Below are positions 41,873 to 53,007 of a stretch of DNA of 61,950 bases, piece by piece. Position numbers and translations under genes: made by a program. The stretch spans positions 1-61,950 of the forward strand of contig JANVYQ010000008.1 in the NCBI GenBank assembly GCA_030059675.1, given 5' to 3'. Position 1 is the first letter of the stretch, and each line of letters starts with the position of its first letter. The DNA comes from Candidatus Pelearchaeum maunauluense (lineage in GTDB: Archaea; Thermoproteota; Nitrososphaeria_A; Caldarchaeales; Caldarchaeaceae). The notes beneath the pieces are model-generated. The model was given only the letters and a program-made list of their open reading frames with translations. It did no database searches and had not been told where the DNA came from.

Positions 41873-43678
41873 TTGGTAAATCCTCTTGAGAAGATTATGA
41901 GAAGAGGGAAAACTAGTTTAAGGTTTGGATCTTTTTCGGCTAATACAAAAGGTGTCAGTAAAGCCGCTATCGCCGTCGTGGTAATCATCATAATAATCGC
42001 AGCAGCAGGTGTAGCCTACTTCTTAACACTGCCTCCAGCCACAACACCTACAACAACTCCGACAACACCTGCACCCACCCCAACAATACCTACTACTGTA
42101 GCAACTACTCCGACGCCAACCGTTACACCAGTTAAAGAAAGGCTTCTAAGAATTTCATTCGCTAATGTTCCCTACATGGATCCAGCTGTTGGATCTGATG
42201 AAGCCAGCTCAGTATACTTCATAAATGTATATGATACTCTGGTTTATCCAACTAAAGAGGGGATGGTCAAGCCCCATGTTGCTGAGAGATGGGAAGTTTC
42301 CGAGGATGGTTTAACATGGACATTCTATTTGAGGAAAGATGTAAAATTCCATAGTGGTAGAGAATTAACAGCTGAAGATGTAGTGTTCTCACTGAAGAGG
42401 ATGATTATCATAGGAGAAGGATACGGTTACCTCTTCAAGCCATATGTAGACCTTGATAAAACACAAGCCTTGGATAAATACACAGTACAAATTGTTTTAA
42501 AGAAACCGTTCGGCCCATTCTTGATAACGTTAGTGAGACTGTATATAGTTGATAGTGAATTAGTCAAGCAACATATTGCTGAGGGACCATATGGGGACAT
42601 GGGTGACTATGGTAAGAATTGGCTAATGGCTGGGGAAAAAGATGCAGGTTCCGGACCCTATAAACTGTATGAATATAAGAGGGGAGAATCAGTAACATTA
42701 GCCAAATTTGATGACTACTGGGGTGAGACAGCACCGAATGCTCCAACGAAGGTGATAATGTATGGTTTCACTGAGCCGACAACTATACGTACAATGATAG
42801 AGAAGAGAGAACTAGAGATTACAGACCAATGGCAGCCCTTGGAGAATTATGAGGCCATGAGTAAGATACCTGGCGTAGAGATTGTAAAAGTTCCACAAGC
42901 AATGACTTTCTACATAATGCTTCACACAAAGAAGCCTCCAACAGATGATATTCATGTTAGAAAAGCAATAGCATTAGCATTCGATTACGAAACAGCTATC
43001 TCAGACATACTGCCGTATGATAAGAGACCAGCTGGTCCAGTACCAAGCATACTTCCAGGTGCCGACCCAACCCTTAAGCCAATAGAGAGAAACATAGAGG
43101 CAGCAAAAGAAGAACTTAAGAAGTCCAAGTATTGGGGTGAGCTTGACAAGTACCCGATTGAGTATTGGTGGATCGCTGAAGTCCCATGGGAGGAGAGAGT
43201 AGCATTACTCTTCAAAGCGAATATGGAGGAGATAGGATTAAAAGTGAATGTGGTTAAAGTGCCATGGTTATCGGTTGTAGAAGGTATGACGAAGATGGAG
43301 ACTACTCCGAATGCTGTATCAATATTCGTTATCGCACACTATGCTGAGGCAGGTTCCATACTCTCTTCAAGATATCATTCACAATCGACTGGAACATGGG
43401 AGCAGGGTGAATGGCTAATGGATCCCGAGATAGACACTATGATAGAAGATGCACTCGGCACAATAGATTTCAACCAGAGAATGCAGAAATATTATGAGAT
43501 ACAGAGAAAACTAGTAGAATTATATCCCTCCGTGTACGTGTATGAACATGTCGTATTGAGAGCCTACCAAGCAGCATACGTAGATTACCCTGCCGCTAGA
43601 GGAGAAATCATCCCAGTAGGAGAATATGAGTTAGACTTCCGATGGTTCCAAGTCTTCCCAGAGAAGATGCCTAAGTAA
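41873..43678 (+). CDS. dppA: ABC transporter peptide-type substrate-binding protein (family 5) with pilin-like signal and Thr/Pro linker
   Basis: KG|VSKAAIAVVVIIII; TTPTTTPT; YDTLV, WEVSEDG, VKFHSG, GSGPY, VRKAI. Confidence 0.92.
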   Translation: MVNPLEKIMRRGKTSLRFGSFSANTKGVSKAAIAVVVIIIIIAAAGVAYFLTLPPATTPTTTPTTPAPTPTIPTTVATTPTPTVTPVKERLLRISFANVPYMDPAVGSDEASSVYFINVYDTLVYPTKEGMVKPHVAERWEVSEDGLTWTFYLRKDVKFHSGRELTAEDVVFSLKRMIIIGEGYGYLFKPYVDLDKTQALDKYTVQIVLKKPFGPFLITLVRLYIVDSELVKQHIAEGPYGDMGDYGKNWLMAGEKDAGSGPYKLYEYKRGESVTLAKFDDYWGETAPNAPTKVIMYGFTEPTTIRTMIEKRELEITDQWQPLENYEAMSKIPGVEIVKVPQAMTFYIMLHTKKPPTDDIHVRKAIALAFDYETAISDILPYDKRPAGPVPSILPGADPTLKPIERNIEAAKEELKKSKYWGELDKYPIEYWWIAEVPWEERVALLFKANMEEIGLKVNVVKVPWLSVVEGMTKMETTPNAVSIFVIAHYAEAGSILSSRYHSQSTGTWEQGEWLMDPEIDTMIEDALGTIDFNQRMQKYYEIQRKLVELYPSVYVYEHVVLRAYQAAYVDYPAARGEIIPVGEYELDFRWFQVFPEKMPK

Positions 43679-43730
43679 GCGCTTAAACGAAATCCTTATC
43701 TTCCATTTTATTTTTTATGATGTTTATGGG

Positions 43731-44483
43731 GTGATTATGTTGAGTAAGATTTTATACATTAATCCTGTAGGTACAGATATCTTCGATAAACCTATGAAAG
43801 AATACCTAGACCAGTATAAGAATCCTGACACCGTATTAGATGTGACATCATTTAAAGTCGGACCACACCACCTAGAATACTATTCATATGATGCAATCGT
43901 TATACCATACATCTTGGAAGAAGTAAGGAAGGCAGAGAAAAACGGGTATGATGGATGCGTTATAGGCTGCTTTTATGATCCAGGCTTAAAAGAAGCTAGA
44001 GAAGTGAGTAACATTATTGTAACAGCACCATTAGAGTCTTCGACATGTCTTGCATTATCTCTAGGAGAGAAATTCTCTATAATAGTCGGTAGAAAGAAGT
44101 GGATACCATTGATGATGAATAGAGTGAAAGAATATGGATTAGAGGATAGATTGACTTCTTTCAAGGATGTGGGCTTAGGAGTGCATGACATACATAGAGA
44201 TGAGAAAGAGACTGAGAGAAGATTATACAATGCAATAGAGGAGAGCCTCAGAGAGGGAGCTGAAGTTATAATTCTTGGATGTACAGCTTTCTTCGGATTC
44301 TTTAAGATAGTCCAGGAAAAATACAGAGTCCCAGTAATAGATCCAATAATCGCTTCGGTGAAAAATGCTGAGCAACTGATAAAATTAAAGAAATTATGTG
44401 GATGGACTCATAGTAAGATATGCACATATGAACCTCCACCGACTTCCGAACTAATCTCTTGGAATCTTAAAAGCCTAATATAA
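43731..44483 (+). CDS. Hydantoin/Asp-Glu racemase family protein
   Basis: INP, IGCFYDPG and ILGCT catalytic Cys pair, PVIDP. Confidence 0.9.
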   Translation: MIMLSKILYINPVGTDIFDKPMKEYLDQYKNPDTVLDVTSFKVGPHHLEYYSYDAIVIPYILEEVRKAEKNGYDGCVIGCFYDPGLKEAREVSNIIVTAPLESSTCLALSLGEKFSIIVGRKKWIPLMMNRVKEYGLEDRLTSFKDVGLGVHDIHRDEKETERRLYNAIEESLREGAEVIILGCTAFFGFFKIVQEKYRVPVIDPIIASVKNAEQLIKLKKLCGWTHSKICTYEPPPTSELISWNLKSLI

Positions 44484-44548
44484 TTCAGAATACCGGAAAG
44501 ATAGAGAAGAATTAATAAGGTAACCATGAAAATAGGCGAAGTTAGAGC

Positions 44549-45601
44549 ATGACTGTAGAAAACGTGACAACTTCAACAAGGTTACAAAAAATACTCGACA
44601 ACTACTATGTTAGAAAAATACTTTTAAGTATCGTAACACTTTTCGGCATCTCTATACTGATATTTACTATAGCAAGAGTTCTTCCAGGCGACCCGGCAAG
44701 GCTTGCTCTAGGCCCTAGAGCTCCTGAAGATGTAGTAGAACAGTATAGGAAGCTTCTCCGCTTAGACCAGCCAATCTATGTCCAATATTTTTATTGGCTT
44801 CTAGATGTCTTTAACGGTAGATTCGGATTATCATTAGTGACTTTTAGAGATGTCCTCACAGATATTATAGAATTCATCCCAGCTACTGTCGAGTTAATAA
44901 TATTCACACTGATTATCGATGTAATAGGTGCACTCAGTTTAGGAGTGATTAGTGGTAGAAAGCCTAACTCTATAATTGATAACGCTGTGAGGATCTTTGC
45001 TTATGCTGGTATAGCTATACCATCATTTGTCTGGGCAATTATACTGCAGCTTGTCCTTGCTAACTGGCTGGATCTACTTCCAGCGTATGGTAGGCTGAGT
45101 TTAGGGATTGAAGTAAACCGTATAACTGGACTCATAACAGTAGACGCATTACTAAATGGGAATTTAGTAGCATTTGCTGATGCTATAACCCATTTAATAA
45201 TTCCTTCTCTATCCCTTGCAATAGGCTCTATAGCACAGGAAGCACGAATATTAAGAGCGAACTTGATTGAAAACATAAACAAGGATTACATCTTAAATAT
45301 GTATGCTCACGGTATTCCAAACTCTATAATCTTCTTTAAGTATGCTCTTAAACCTTCAATGATACCAACCGTTACCATTATGACTCTTGACATGGCCTCT
45401 ACGCTTGGGAACGCATTCCTAGTTGAATTGATATTCAATTGGCCTGGACTTTCAAGGTATGGTATCACAGCTATGTTGAGAAAAGACTTGAATGCTATAG
45501 TTGGAGTCGTATTAGTGATAGGGCTGGCTTACACGATCGCATCAATAATCATAGATCTACTAGTCTCCTATCTAGACCCACGGGTTAGGTATAAGAGGTG
45601 A
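44549..45601 (+). CDS. dppB: Peptide ABC transporter permease
   Basis: PGDPA, LDQPIYVQY, PATVEL, VELIFNWPG, LDPRV. Confidence 0.93.
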   Translation: MTVENVTTSTRLQKILDNYYVRKILLSIVTLFGISILIFTIARVLPGDPARLALGPRAPEDVVEQYRKLLRLDQPIYVQYFYWLLDVFNGRFGLSLVTFRDVLTDIIEFIPATVELIIFTLIIDVIGALSLGVISGRKPNSIIDNAVRIFAYAGIAIPSFVWAIILQLVLANWLDLLPAYGRLSLGIEVNRITGLITVDALLNGNLVAFADAITHLIIPSLSLAIGSIAQEARILRANLIENINKDYILNMYAHGIPNSIIFFKYALKPSMIPTVTIMTLDMASTLGNAFLVELIFNWPGLSRYGITAMLRKDLNAIVGVVLVIGLAYTIASIIIDLLVSYLDPRVRYKR

Positions 45602-46506
45602 AAACCTTGAGCGGGACTACCACCTCTGAAGTAAAATTTTCTGAATTGGAGAAGAAGATTAAGAGAGAGAATTGGAGAAGAATATGGTTTAGATTTAAGA
45701 AGAGTAAATTGTCCGTCATAGGCTTATCAATGATTTTGATACTCTTGTTTATGGCGGTTTTCGCAGAATATATTGCACCTTATCCTTCCCATGCAGGTCT
45801 CTACATAGCATTCAAGAACGCTTACAAACCTCCATCACTGGAACATATTCTGGGAACAGACATGTATGGTAGAGACGTATTCAGTAGGATAATCTTCGGA
45901 TTCCGATATGCTTTCATGATGATCGGGTTAGTCTTGTCAATTGTCGTCCCTACAGGTGTTATACTAGGATTAATAGCTGGATACTATAGGGGCACATTCA
46001 TCGAGACAGTAATAGTGAGGCTATCCGACATATTCATATCTTTACCACCTCTTGTCTTAGCTTTATCGATAGCTTCGATACTTGAACCCAATATATTCAA
46101 TTCCATGTTAGCTGTCTCATTAATGTGGTGGCCATGGTACGTTAAATTAACATACTCTATGACAGTATCACTTCGAAACGAGCCATTCATACTTGCTGCC
46201 GAGTCTCAAGGAGCATCCACTCTACATATACTCTTTAGAGAACTACTCCCAAACGAGCTAGGAACAATCCTCACTAAAGTCACTCTAGATGCTGGATGGG
46301 TTATACTCATAGGAGCGGCCATTAGCTTCGTTGGACTGGGAGCACAGCCGCCAACGCCCGATCTTGGTACAATGGTTTCCGAATATAGTAAGTATCTTCC
46401 AGAATACTGGTGGATGAGCTTAGGACCTGCTGCAGGCATAGTATTAATCATACTCGCTTTCAACTTACTTGGAGACGGTATTAGAGATGTATTCGCAGGT
46501 GAATGA
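45598..46506 (+). CDS. dppC: Peptide ABC transporter permease
   Basis: HILGTDMYGRDVFSR, LGAQPPTPDLG, FNLLGDGIRD. Confidence 0.93.
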   Translation: MKTLSGTTTSEVKFSELEKKIKRENWRRIWFRFKKSKLSVIGLSMILILLFMAVFAEYIAPYPSHAGLYIAFKNAYKPPSLEHILGTDMYGRDVFSRIIFGFRYAFMMIGLVLSIVVPTGVILGLIAGYYRGTFIETVIVRLSDIFISLPPLVLALSIASILEPNIFNSMLAVSLMWWPWYVKLTYSMTVSLRNEPFILAAESQGASTLHILFRELLPNELGTILTKVTLDAGWVILIGAAISFVGLGAQPPTPDLGTMVSEYSKYLPEYWWMSLGPAAGIVLIILAFNLLGDGIRDVFAGE

Positions 46507-47477
46507 GAATGCTACTCGAAATCAATGATTTGCATGTTTATTACAAGAGTTACTGGTACATTCTTAAAGTATTGAATGGCGTATGGTTAAGAGTAGACAA
46601 AGGTGAGCGTGTAGGGATAATAGGCGAGTCTGGAAGCGGGAAAACAACTCTCCTAAAATCAATTCTTAAGATACTTCCTCAGAATGGCATTATACCAAGA
46701 GGTGAAATAAGATATGACGGTAAGAATATTTTGAAGCTTGGTGATAATGAACTTACAAAGATTAGGAGGAAGGAAATAGGTATCATATTTCAAGATCCCA
46801 TGGCAGCTCTCAACCCAGTCTTCACAATTAGGGAACAATTATATGACATTATAAAGCATAAAATGATGATTGAGGGACATAATCCATCAAGCAGAGAACT
46901 ACATGAACAAGCTGTAAAAATATTAAATGATGTTAGACTACCTGACCCTGAAAGAGTACTAGAATCCTATCCATTCCAATTAAGTGGAGGAATGAGACAG
47001 AGGGTCATGATAGCGATGGCATTAATATCTGCGGAGAAGCTACTGCTAGCAGATGAACCGACAACAAACCTCGACGTAACTATTCAAGACCAGATCCTCA
47101 AACTCATCCACAAACTTGTAATAGAGAAAAATCTAAGTACCATACTTGTCTCACATGCTCTCGGAATGGTTTATCAGATGACTGATAGAGTATTCGTATT
47201 ATATGCGGGAGATATTATGGAAGAAGCTGGAACGAATGAATTATTCAATCATCCTAAACACCCGTATACACAGCTGCTAATATCAAGTACCCCTAGACTT
47301 AGCTCTGTCGGAGTAGGAGAAGGAATAAAAGGAAAGATCCCTGACTATCGTAACCCCCCGCCTGGATGTAGATTTGCACCTAGATGTCCCTATGTAATGG
47401 ATAAATGCATCAACATGAAGCCGGGGAAGATACAAGTAAACAAGGATCATGTAGTCTCATGCCACTTGTATGATTAA
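46503..47477 (+). CDS. dppD: Peptide ABC transporter ATPase
   Basis: GESGSGKT, QLSGGMRQR, DEPTT, HPYT, GCRFAPRC. Confidence 0.95.
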   Translation: MRMLLEINDLHVYYKSYWYILKVLNGVWLRVDKGERVGIIGESGSGKTTLLKSILKILPQNGIIPRGEIRYDGKNILKLGDNELTKIRRKEIGIIFQDPMAALNPVFTIREQLYDIIKHKMMIEGHNPSSRELHEQAVKILNDVRLPDPERVLESYPFQLSGGMRQRVMIAMALISAEKLLLADEPTTNLDVTIQDQILKLIHKLVIEKNLSTILVSHALGMVYQMTDRVFVLYAGDIMEEAGTNELFNHPKHPYTQLLISSTPRLSSVGVGEGIKGKIPDYRNPPPGCRFAPRCPYVMDKCINMKPGKIQVNKDHVVSCHLYD

Positions 47478-47488
47478 GAGGTGATTAT

Positions 47489-48451
47489 ATGAATAATGAT
47501 ACAATTTTAAGTGTTTCAGATCTAAGAAAATACTTCACAACTGCGGAAGGTGTTGTTAGAGCAGTTGATGGAGTAAGCTTTAACGTAAAACATGGTGAAA
47601 CACTAGCACTAGTCGGTGAGTCAGGATCAGGAAAGACAACTACAGGTCACGTTATAATGGGTTTTTATCCACCTGATGGTGGAAAAATAATCTACAAGGG
47701 AGCATACGAGTTATCAATTCCAATGAAGAAGAGACCTCTAGAGTTAAAGAGAGATATACAGATAGTCTTCCAAGATCCTGGCACCTCACTAAACCCGAAA
47801 AGATTGGTTAAAGACATTATTAGCCTACCTCTCCTAGTTCATCGAATCGTCGATAAAAGTAGGGTATATGAGAAAGTGGCGGAGCTACTTGAATATGTTG
47901 GACTAAGTGAGGAATACATGTTCAGGTATCCCCACGAACTTGGTGGAGGAGAGAAACAGCTCGTAGCTATAGCTAGAGCTCTCGCTCCCAACCCATCTTT
48001 CATCATTCTCGATGAATCAACATCAGCTTTAGACGTATCTTCACAAGCAAGAGTACTCAACACACTTGTTAAGATCCAGAATGAACTTAAGCTCACATAC
48101 CTATTGATAACACATGACCTAGGAGTTGTTAGGAATATCTCTCAACGTGTTATGATAATGTACCTGGGGAAAATATATGAAGAGGCACCTACGGAGGACT
48201 TCTTCAAGTCACCTATGCATCCATATACTCAGATGCTCTTGTCATCTATTCCTACATTATCCGAAGAAGATGAAAAGATTAAACCAAGAGGTATAGAATC
48301 AGTAGGTGAGATACCGAGTGCAGTTAAGCCTCCGAGCGGATGTAGATTCCATACGAGATGTCCCTTCACTAAGCAGATATGCATGGAAAAAGATCCTCCA
48401 GACATAGTAGTAAACAACAATCATATAGTTAGATGTTGGCTCTACGCGTGA
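47489..48451 (+). CDS. dppF: Peptide ABC transporter ATPase
   Basis: GESGSGKTT, ELGGGEKQL, DESTSALD, HPYT, GCRFHTRC. Confidence 0.93.
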   Translation: MNNDTILSVSDLRKYFTTAEGVVRAVDGVSFNVKHGETLALVGESGSGKTTTGHVIMGFYPPDGGKIIYKGAYELSIPMKKRPLELKRDIQIVFQDPGTSLNPKRLVKDIISLPLLVHRIVDKSRVYEKVAELLEYVGLSEEYMFRYPHELGGGEKQLVAIARALAPNPSFIILDESTSALDVSSQARVLNTLVKIQNELKLTYLLITHDLGVVRNISQRVMIMYLGKIYEEAPTEDFFKSPMHPYTQMLLSSIPTLSEEDEKIKPRGIESVGEIPSAVKPPSGCRFHTRCPFTKQICMEKDPPDIVVNNNHIVRCWLYA

Positions 48452-48484
48452 TCGTTACACCAACATCATGACTCACTTCTAGTA

Positions 48485-49588
48485 TCAAGTATAATCTTCG
48501 ATGTATAATGATTTAGGCAGTGTTGCGAGGTTGATATATCCCATTTTTGATACTACAATATTGTCTTCTAGTCTAACGCCGAAGAGGTTTGGGAGATAGA
48601 TTCCTGGTTCAACTGTAAAGACCATTCCGTTTTTTAGTAGCTCGGTATTTCCTGTTTTGATGAAGGGTGGTTCGTGAACCTCTAACCCTAGACCGTGTCC
48701 AGTTCTATGTATAAAGTATTCCCCGTAACCTTGTGCCTCGATTGTTCTTCGCGCAGCTATATCAACCTCCTCTGCTTTAATATTTTCTCTAATAATATCC
48801 AATGCGGCCTGCTGAGCTCTCAACACTATATTGAATATTTCTAGCTGCTTGCTTGATGGAGTACCACATACAATGGTTCTAGTCAGATCTGAATAGTATC
48901 CTTGATATCTAACGCCGATATCCAGAACAACTATATCGCCTTTATCGATTATCTTATTTGTGGGTTCCTGATGGGGTAACGCAGAATTACTGCCACTCTG
49001 TACTAATGCGAAGGGTACTTCTTCGGCTCCAAGCTCGAGGGCATAATTCTTTATATGCATCATTAATTCTTTCTCCCGGATACCTGCCCTGACATTCTTA
49101 ATCGCATCCAACAAGACTTGATTGTTTTTCTCAGCAGCTTTCTTTAGAATATCAACCTCCTCCAATTCTTTGATCTTCCTCATAGAATATATTAAATCAT
49201 CAATTAGAGAATACTCTATGTTTGTAAGCTTGCTGATGAGGGGGTACACATACTTGAATTGTATTGTTTCTTCAATACCTATCTTCAATTTTCTACTTCT
49301 AGAAAAAATATTTTCGAGTATATTGATTGGGGACTCTGTATCGCTGTAGCTTACTAATTCGAAATCCCTTAATCTACATTTCTCCTCCACTCTCTTCTCC
49401 TCTAACTTGGGTACTATAAGCAGTACTCTATCCTCATCTTTACGTATTATTAAAGTAATCAATCTTTCGAGAGAGATCGCACTATATCCTGAAAAGTAGA
49501 GCATGTTAGGCTCAGAAGTAACCATTATGATATCTATAGCTTTGTCCTCCATTAATCTTCTAATCTTTCTAACTCTATCTTCATACAT
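48485..49588 (-). CDS. Xaa-Pro peptidase (M24 family)
   Basis: GYYSDLTRT, HRTGHGLGLEVHE, TVEPGIY, GVRLED. Confidence 0.95.
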   Translation of the reverse strand: MYEDRVRKIRRLMEDKAIDIIMVTSEPNMLYFSGYSAISLERLITLIIRKDEDRVLLIVPKLEEKRVEEKCRLRDFELVSYSDTESPINILENIFSRSRKLKIGIEETIQFKYVYPLISKLTNIEYSLIDDLIYSMRKIKELEEVDILKKAAEKNNQVLLDAIKNVRAGIREKELMMHIKNYALELGAEEVPFALVQSGSNSALPHQEPTNKIIDKGDIVVLDIGVRYQGYYSDLTRTIVCGTPSSKQLEIFNIVLRAQQAALDIIRENIKAEEVDIAARRTIEAQGYGEYFIHRTGHGLGLEVHEPPFIKTGNTELLKNGMVFTVEPGIYLPNLFGVRLEDNIVVSKMGYINLATLPKSLYIEDYT

Positions 49589-49598
49589 TCTAAACCGC

Positions 49599-49934
49599 CT
49601 ACCTTGGAGGAGAGAGTATCCATAAAATTCTAGCTGGTTTACTGCTGAGGTTTACAGTATAGTGGGGGGTTCCTCTCTTATTGTACATTACCATTCCTTC
49701 TTCTAGTTTAATAGATTCCTTATCTGTCCCGAAGGTTACTTCTCCAGATAATATGTATGCGAATTCATCGTTTTCGCTATGAATACTGTAGCCTTCCTTC
49801 GGAAGCCTCACACCTGGAGAAATCTCAAGAATACCTATCTCTAATTTATCAGTCTTCAAGATTGATACAGCATTGTCTTTAGCGTTGTCCCATAGTTTTC
49901 CATCTATCGTTTGATAAACTATTTTAGCATTCAT
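49599..49934 (-). CDS. Cupin domain protein
   Basis: HSENDEFAYILSG..GTPHYTVN. Confidence 0.88.
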   Translation of the reverse strand: MNAKIVYQTIDGKLWDNAKDNAVSILKTDKLEIGILEISPGVRLPKEGYSIHSENDEFAYILSGEVTFGTDKESIKLEEGMVMYNKRGTPHYTVNLSSKPARILWILSPPR

Positions 49935-50066
49935 ACATACATCAAGAAGTTAAACATGATTTAAACATTCGCCTTTAGTAAGACCTCTCATGATGGGGGA
50001 AGATTAGGATGGGAAGCCTTATACATTTGTACATGCATTGTAGAGATACGTGGAGAGTGATTCACT

Positions 50067-51005
50067 GTGAGTAGAATAAGAAGAGGTGGATACTGGAACA
50101 AGATCGCCATAGTAGATCTCTCTAAGAAGCTGGTAAAGTATCTCGAGTTAAATGACTCTATATGTGGTAAGTTTATTGGCGGAATCGGATTAGGGGCAAA
50201 ACTCCTCATAGACAATACTCCTCCGGGAATCGGCCCATTCTCTCTAGAAAATTTAATCATTTATACTGTTGAACCTGTTGAGGGGCTGGTTCTACCTAGC
50301 GCTGCTAGAATGGCTGCTGTCTTCAAGTCTCCACTGACAGGATTCTTCGGTGAATCATTGTGTGGAGGATACATTGGTACGGAGCTTGCTAAAGCAAGTC
50401 TCGACGCAATAATAGTATCAGGCCAGTCGCCTGACCCTGTCTACTTGTTAATACAAGACGGGACTGTAGAAAATTAAGAATGCTTCATATCTATGTGGTC
50501 TAGACACATATGCGACTGAGAAAGAGTTATGGAGTGAACTCGGAGAAGTAATGACAGCATGTATAGGACCTGCTGGAGAAAATTTGGTGAGATTTGCATG
50601 TATAGTTCATGGTCTTTACATGCATGAGAGAAAGAAGCTTAGAGGGGGATTCTTCGGTAGAACGGGCGGAGTACCCACAAGATACTATGAAGGTGGAAGC
50701 TTCGAAGCCTATGAAAAGATTGGTCCAGAAACTTTTAACAAGTTATATGTAAAAAGAGGATTACATGTTTCGCTTGCCCAGTAGCTTGCGGTAGACACTC
50801 TGAAACCTCGGATGGATTGCAGACTGAGGGCCCTGAATATGAAACATTGTTCGCTCTAGGTCCACTCCCATACATAGATAACTTACAGACAATAGTGGAA
50901 GCAAATGATCTTGCAAACAGGCTTGGAATGGATACTATAAGCACGGGGAACGTCATAGCTTTCGCAATGTACTTCCTCGTCATCACTATGTGCATCCTAA
51001 GTTGA
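50067..51005 (+). pseudogene. aor: Tungsten-type aldehyde:ferredoxin oxidoreductase, fragmented with internal deletions
   Basis: KFIGGIGLG, KSPLTG..ESLCGG, IGPAGEN, GPEYET, GMDTIS across three frames. Confidence 0.88.
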
Positions 51006-51095
51006 CGTCAGGTTATGTTTGTCAGAGAATCGTCAAAAAATTAAATCATCAAAATTAGATCAAAAGTAGGATTGTTGGGGTAGTGATCTGCTGGG

Positions 51096-51381
51096 ATGTC
51101 CGTAGCCATGCGCATAATATACGGCTACATATCAGACTACGTTGAATCGTTAAACCCTAACGAAACATAGGTTAAGTTAAGCCCTGCTAAGAAGCTAGTT
51201 CTTAAGCTGCTAGGTGCTGTGAGGTTAGAGACTGTCTACGTTAAGACACCTATCGGTACTGAGGGTGCGGTTAGTATTTACCTAGTTAGTGCCCGAGCTG
51301 CAGCCAGCTCTACACAGACTACCCCACGGCTACACGCAGTTCCTGCAATGCCCTAAGTGCAGCACGAGAACATACCCCTAG
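51096..51381 (+). pseudogene. Small Zn-ribbon protein remnant
   Basis: ..YLV/CPSCSQLYTDYPHGYTQFLQCPKC; in-frame TAG near 51168 and a frameshift near 51288. Confidence 0.5.
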
Positions 51382-51391
51382 GTGATGCGTA

Positions 51392-51601
51392 GTGGTTAGG
51401 GATAGGCAACTATACGTAGCCGCGTTTAAGGAGCTCATAGACGAAGTCATCAGAGAGAACAGGAACGATCCTCAGAAAGCAAAAGAGCTAATAATCAACG
51501 AAGTACTTAGAGAAGCAAAGAAAGCGTTCAAGCCAGAGGAATATGAGGTTATTAAGCAGTACACATTAAGTAGGTTAAGGGAGTTAGGTTATGGATATTA
51601 A
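51392..51601 (+). CDS. Small helical hypothetical protein
   Basis: 69-aa charged ORF preceded by GGTGA, overlapping the next gene. Confidence 0.55.
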   Translation: MVRDRQLYVAAFKELIDEVIRENRNDPQKAKELIINEVLREAKKAFKPEEYEVIKQYTLSRLRELGYGY

Positions 51602-52561
51602 CGTTTTGTTGGTTAATAGTACTTTCGGTAGGCTTGTAAGTGGTAGTGGGCAACATGTATACATGCTCTGGAAGCACCTTAAAGATAAAGTGAATTTCGA
51701 GGTATGGAATGTTGAGAATATCGGTTACATAAACATCCCCAAGCTTAAGAGCATAACCTTCTACCTAAGAGCTAAGAGTAAGGAAATCCCTAAAGACATT
51801 GACATAATCCACATCCATAACCCAAAGTTTGCAGGGCTCTTCAGGAAGGGTAAAAAGAACATTCTTACAATTCATGGAGAGTATGGGGGGAACTAGAGTT
51901 ACAGTATGGTTTCCTAGCAAAACCAATTATCAAGTATATCGACAGAAACGTGAAGAGAGCTGATGTAATAACGACAGTCTCTCCTCACTGGTCTAGACTT
52001 TATGGTTGGAAGTGGATCCCCAACATGGTAGAGCTATCGGAAATCCGCGGCGTTAAGCCAGCCGATGAGAGTTACCTGCTGTTTGTTGGGAGGGATGACC
52101 TAGTAAAGGATTACCCGTTGTTTAGAAGAATAGCGAGAGAAGCTTATGAAAAACTCGGGATTAAGTCACTAGCTTTAGGCGTGGTAAGGGGTGACACGGA
52201 GTTTCTGAAGCACGCGAAGGTGGCTTGGGAACATGTAATAAGCTTCATGAAGTCAGCCCACGTATTGGTCATAACTTCAAGGTATGAAGGGTTCCCAACC
52301 ACCTTGCTAGAGGCGTGGGCTTCTGGATGACCTGTTGTGGCAAGGGAGATCCCGCCACTAGCTGAGCTCCAGAAGCTCTACCCAGGCTCAATGCTCCTAT
52401 TCGACGGCACCGTAGAGTCTGCATTGTCGAGGATACGCTCTCTACCCCACGAGGATGTTAGGAGGCGTGTTGTAGAGAGCGGACTACAGGTAGTAAAGAA
52501 CTTTGATGCTCCTATAGTGGCAGAGAAGTATTATAGACTCTACAAAGAGGTGATAAGCTAA
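51591..52561 (+). pseudogene. GT4 glycosyltransferase, disrupted
   Basis: DIIHIH, LTIHG, IPNMV, LFVGR..K, SRYEGFPTTLLEAWASG; frameshift at G-run near 51885 and in-frame TGA at 52328-52330. Confidence 0.85.
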
Positions 52562-52893
52562 TGATACTTGATGTGGGTAGTGGGCACAACCCTAGGGGAG
52601 ACGTAAACGTAGACCTATACAGAGATTGGACACCACATACATTTGGCAAGAAAGTAGTGAGGAAGAATCTGGTGCAAGCCGACGCTCACATGCTTCCTTT
52701 TAGGGATTCGTGTTTTGATGTGGTTCTATCTTTCCACCTGTTGGAGCACTTAGATAATCCCATACAAGAGTTGCGAGAGTTCGAGAGGGTAAGCAGACAT
52801 AGAGTAATAGTAGCTGTTCCACACCCCATTCACGAAATAATTGTAAGACTATTTGGCAAGCCAAATCCTAAACATAAATGTTTTTTCTCCTAG
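52561..52893 (+). CDS. Class I SAM-dependent methyltransferase (type 11), possibly C-terminally truncated
   Basis: ILDVGSG, ADAHMLPFRDSCFD, HLLEHL..P. Confidence 0.8.
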   Translation: MILDVGSGHNPRGDVNVDLYRDWTPHTFGKKVVRKNLVQADAHMLPFRDSCFDVVLSFHLLEHLDNPIQELREFERVSRHRVIVAVPHPIHEIIVRLFGKPNPKHKCFFS

Positions 52894-53007
52894 CTTTTTT
52901 AAGAAGAGGGGTTATAGTGTGCGGTTTAGAAAATATAGGATTTCCCTTTTTAGGGGTAGACTGAAGATTCCCTACCCTATCTGGATAATAGCTGATAAGG
53001 TGATAGC

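Noticed and set aside
42030-42130. ACA/ACT/CCA-rich repeat-like tract
   Set aside because: Ordinary Thr/Pro linker of an archaeal substrate-binding protein.
158-50260. Numerous antisense and nested ORFs in the track
   Set aside because: Shadows of well-supported genes on the opposite strand or in another frame.
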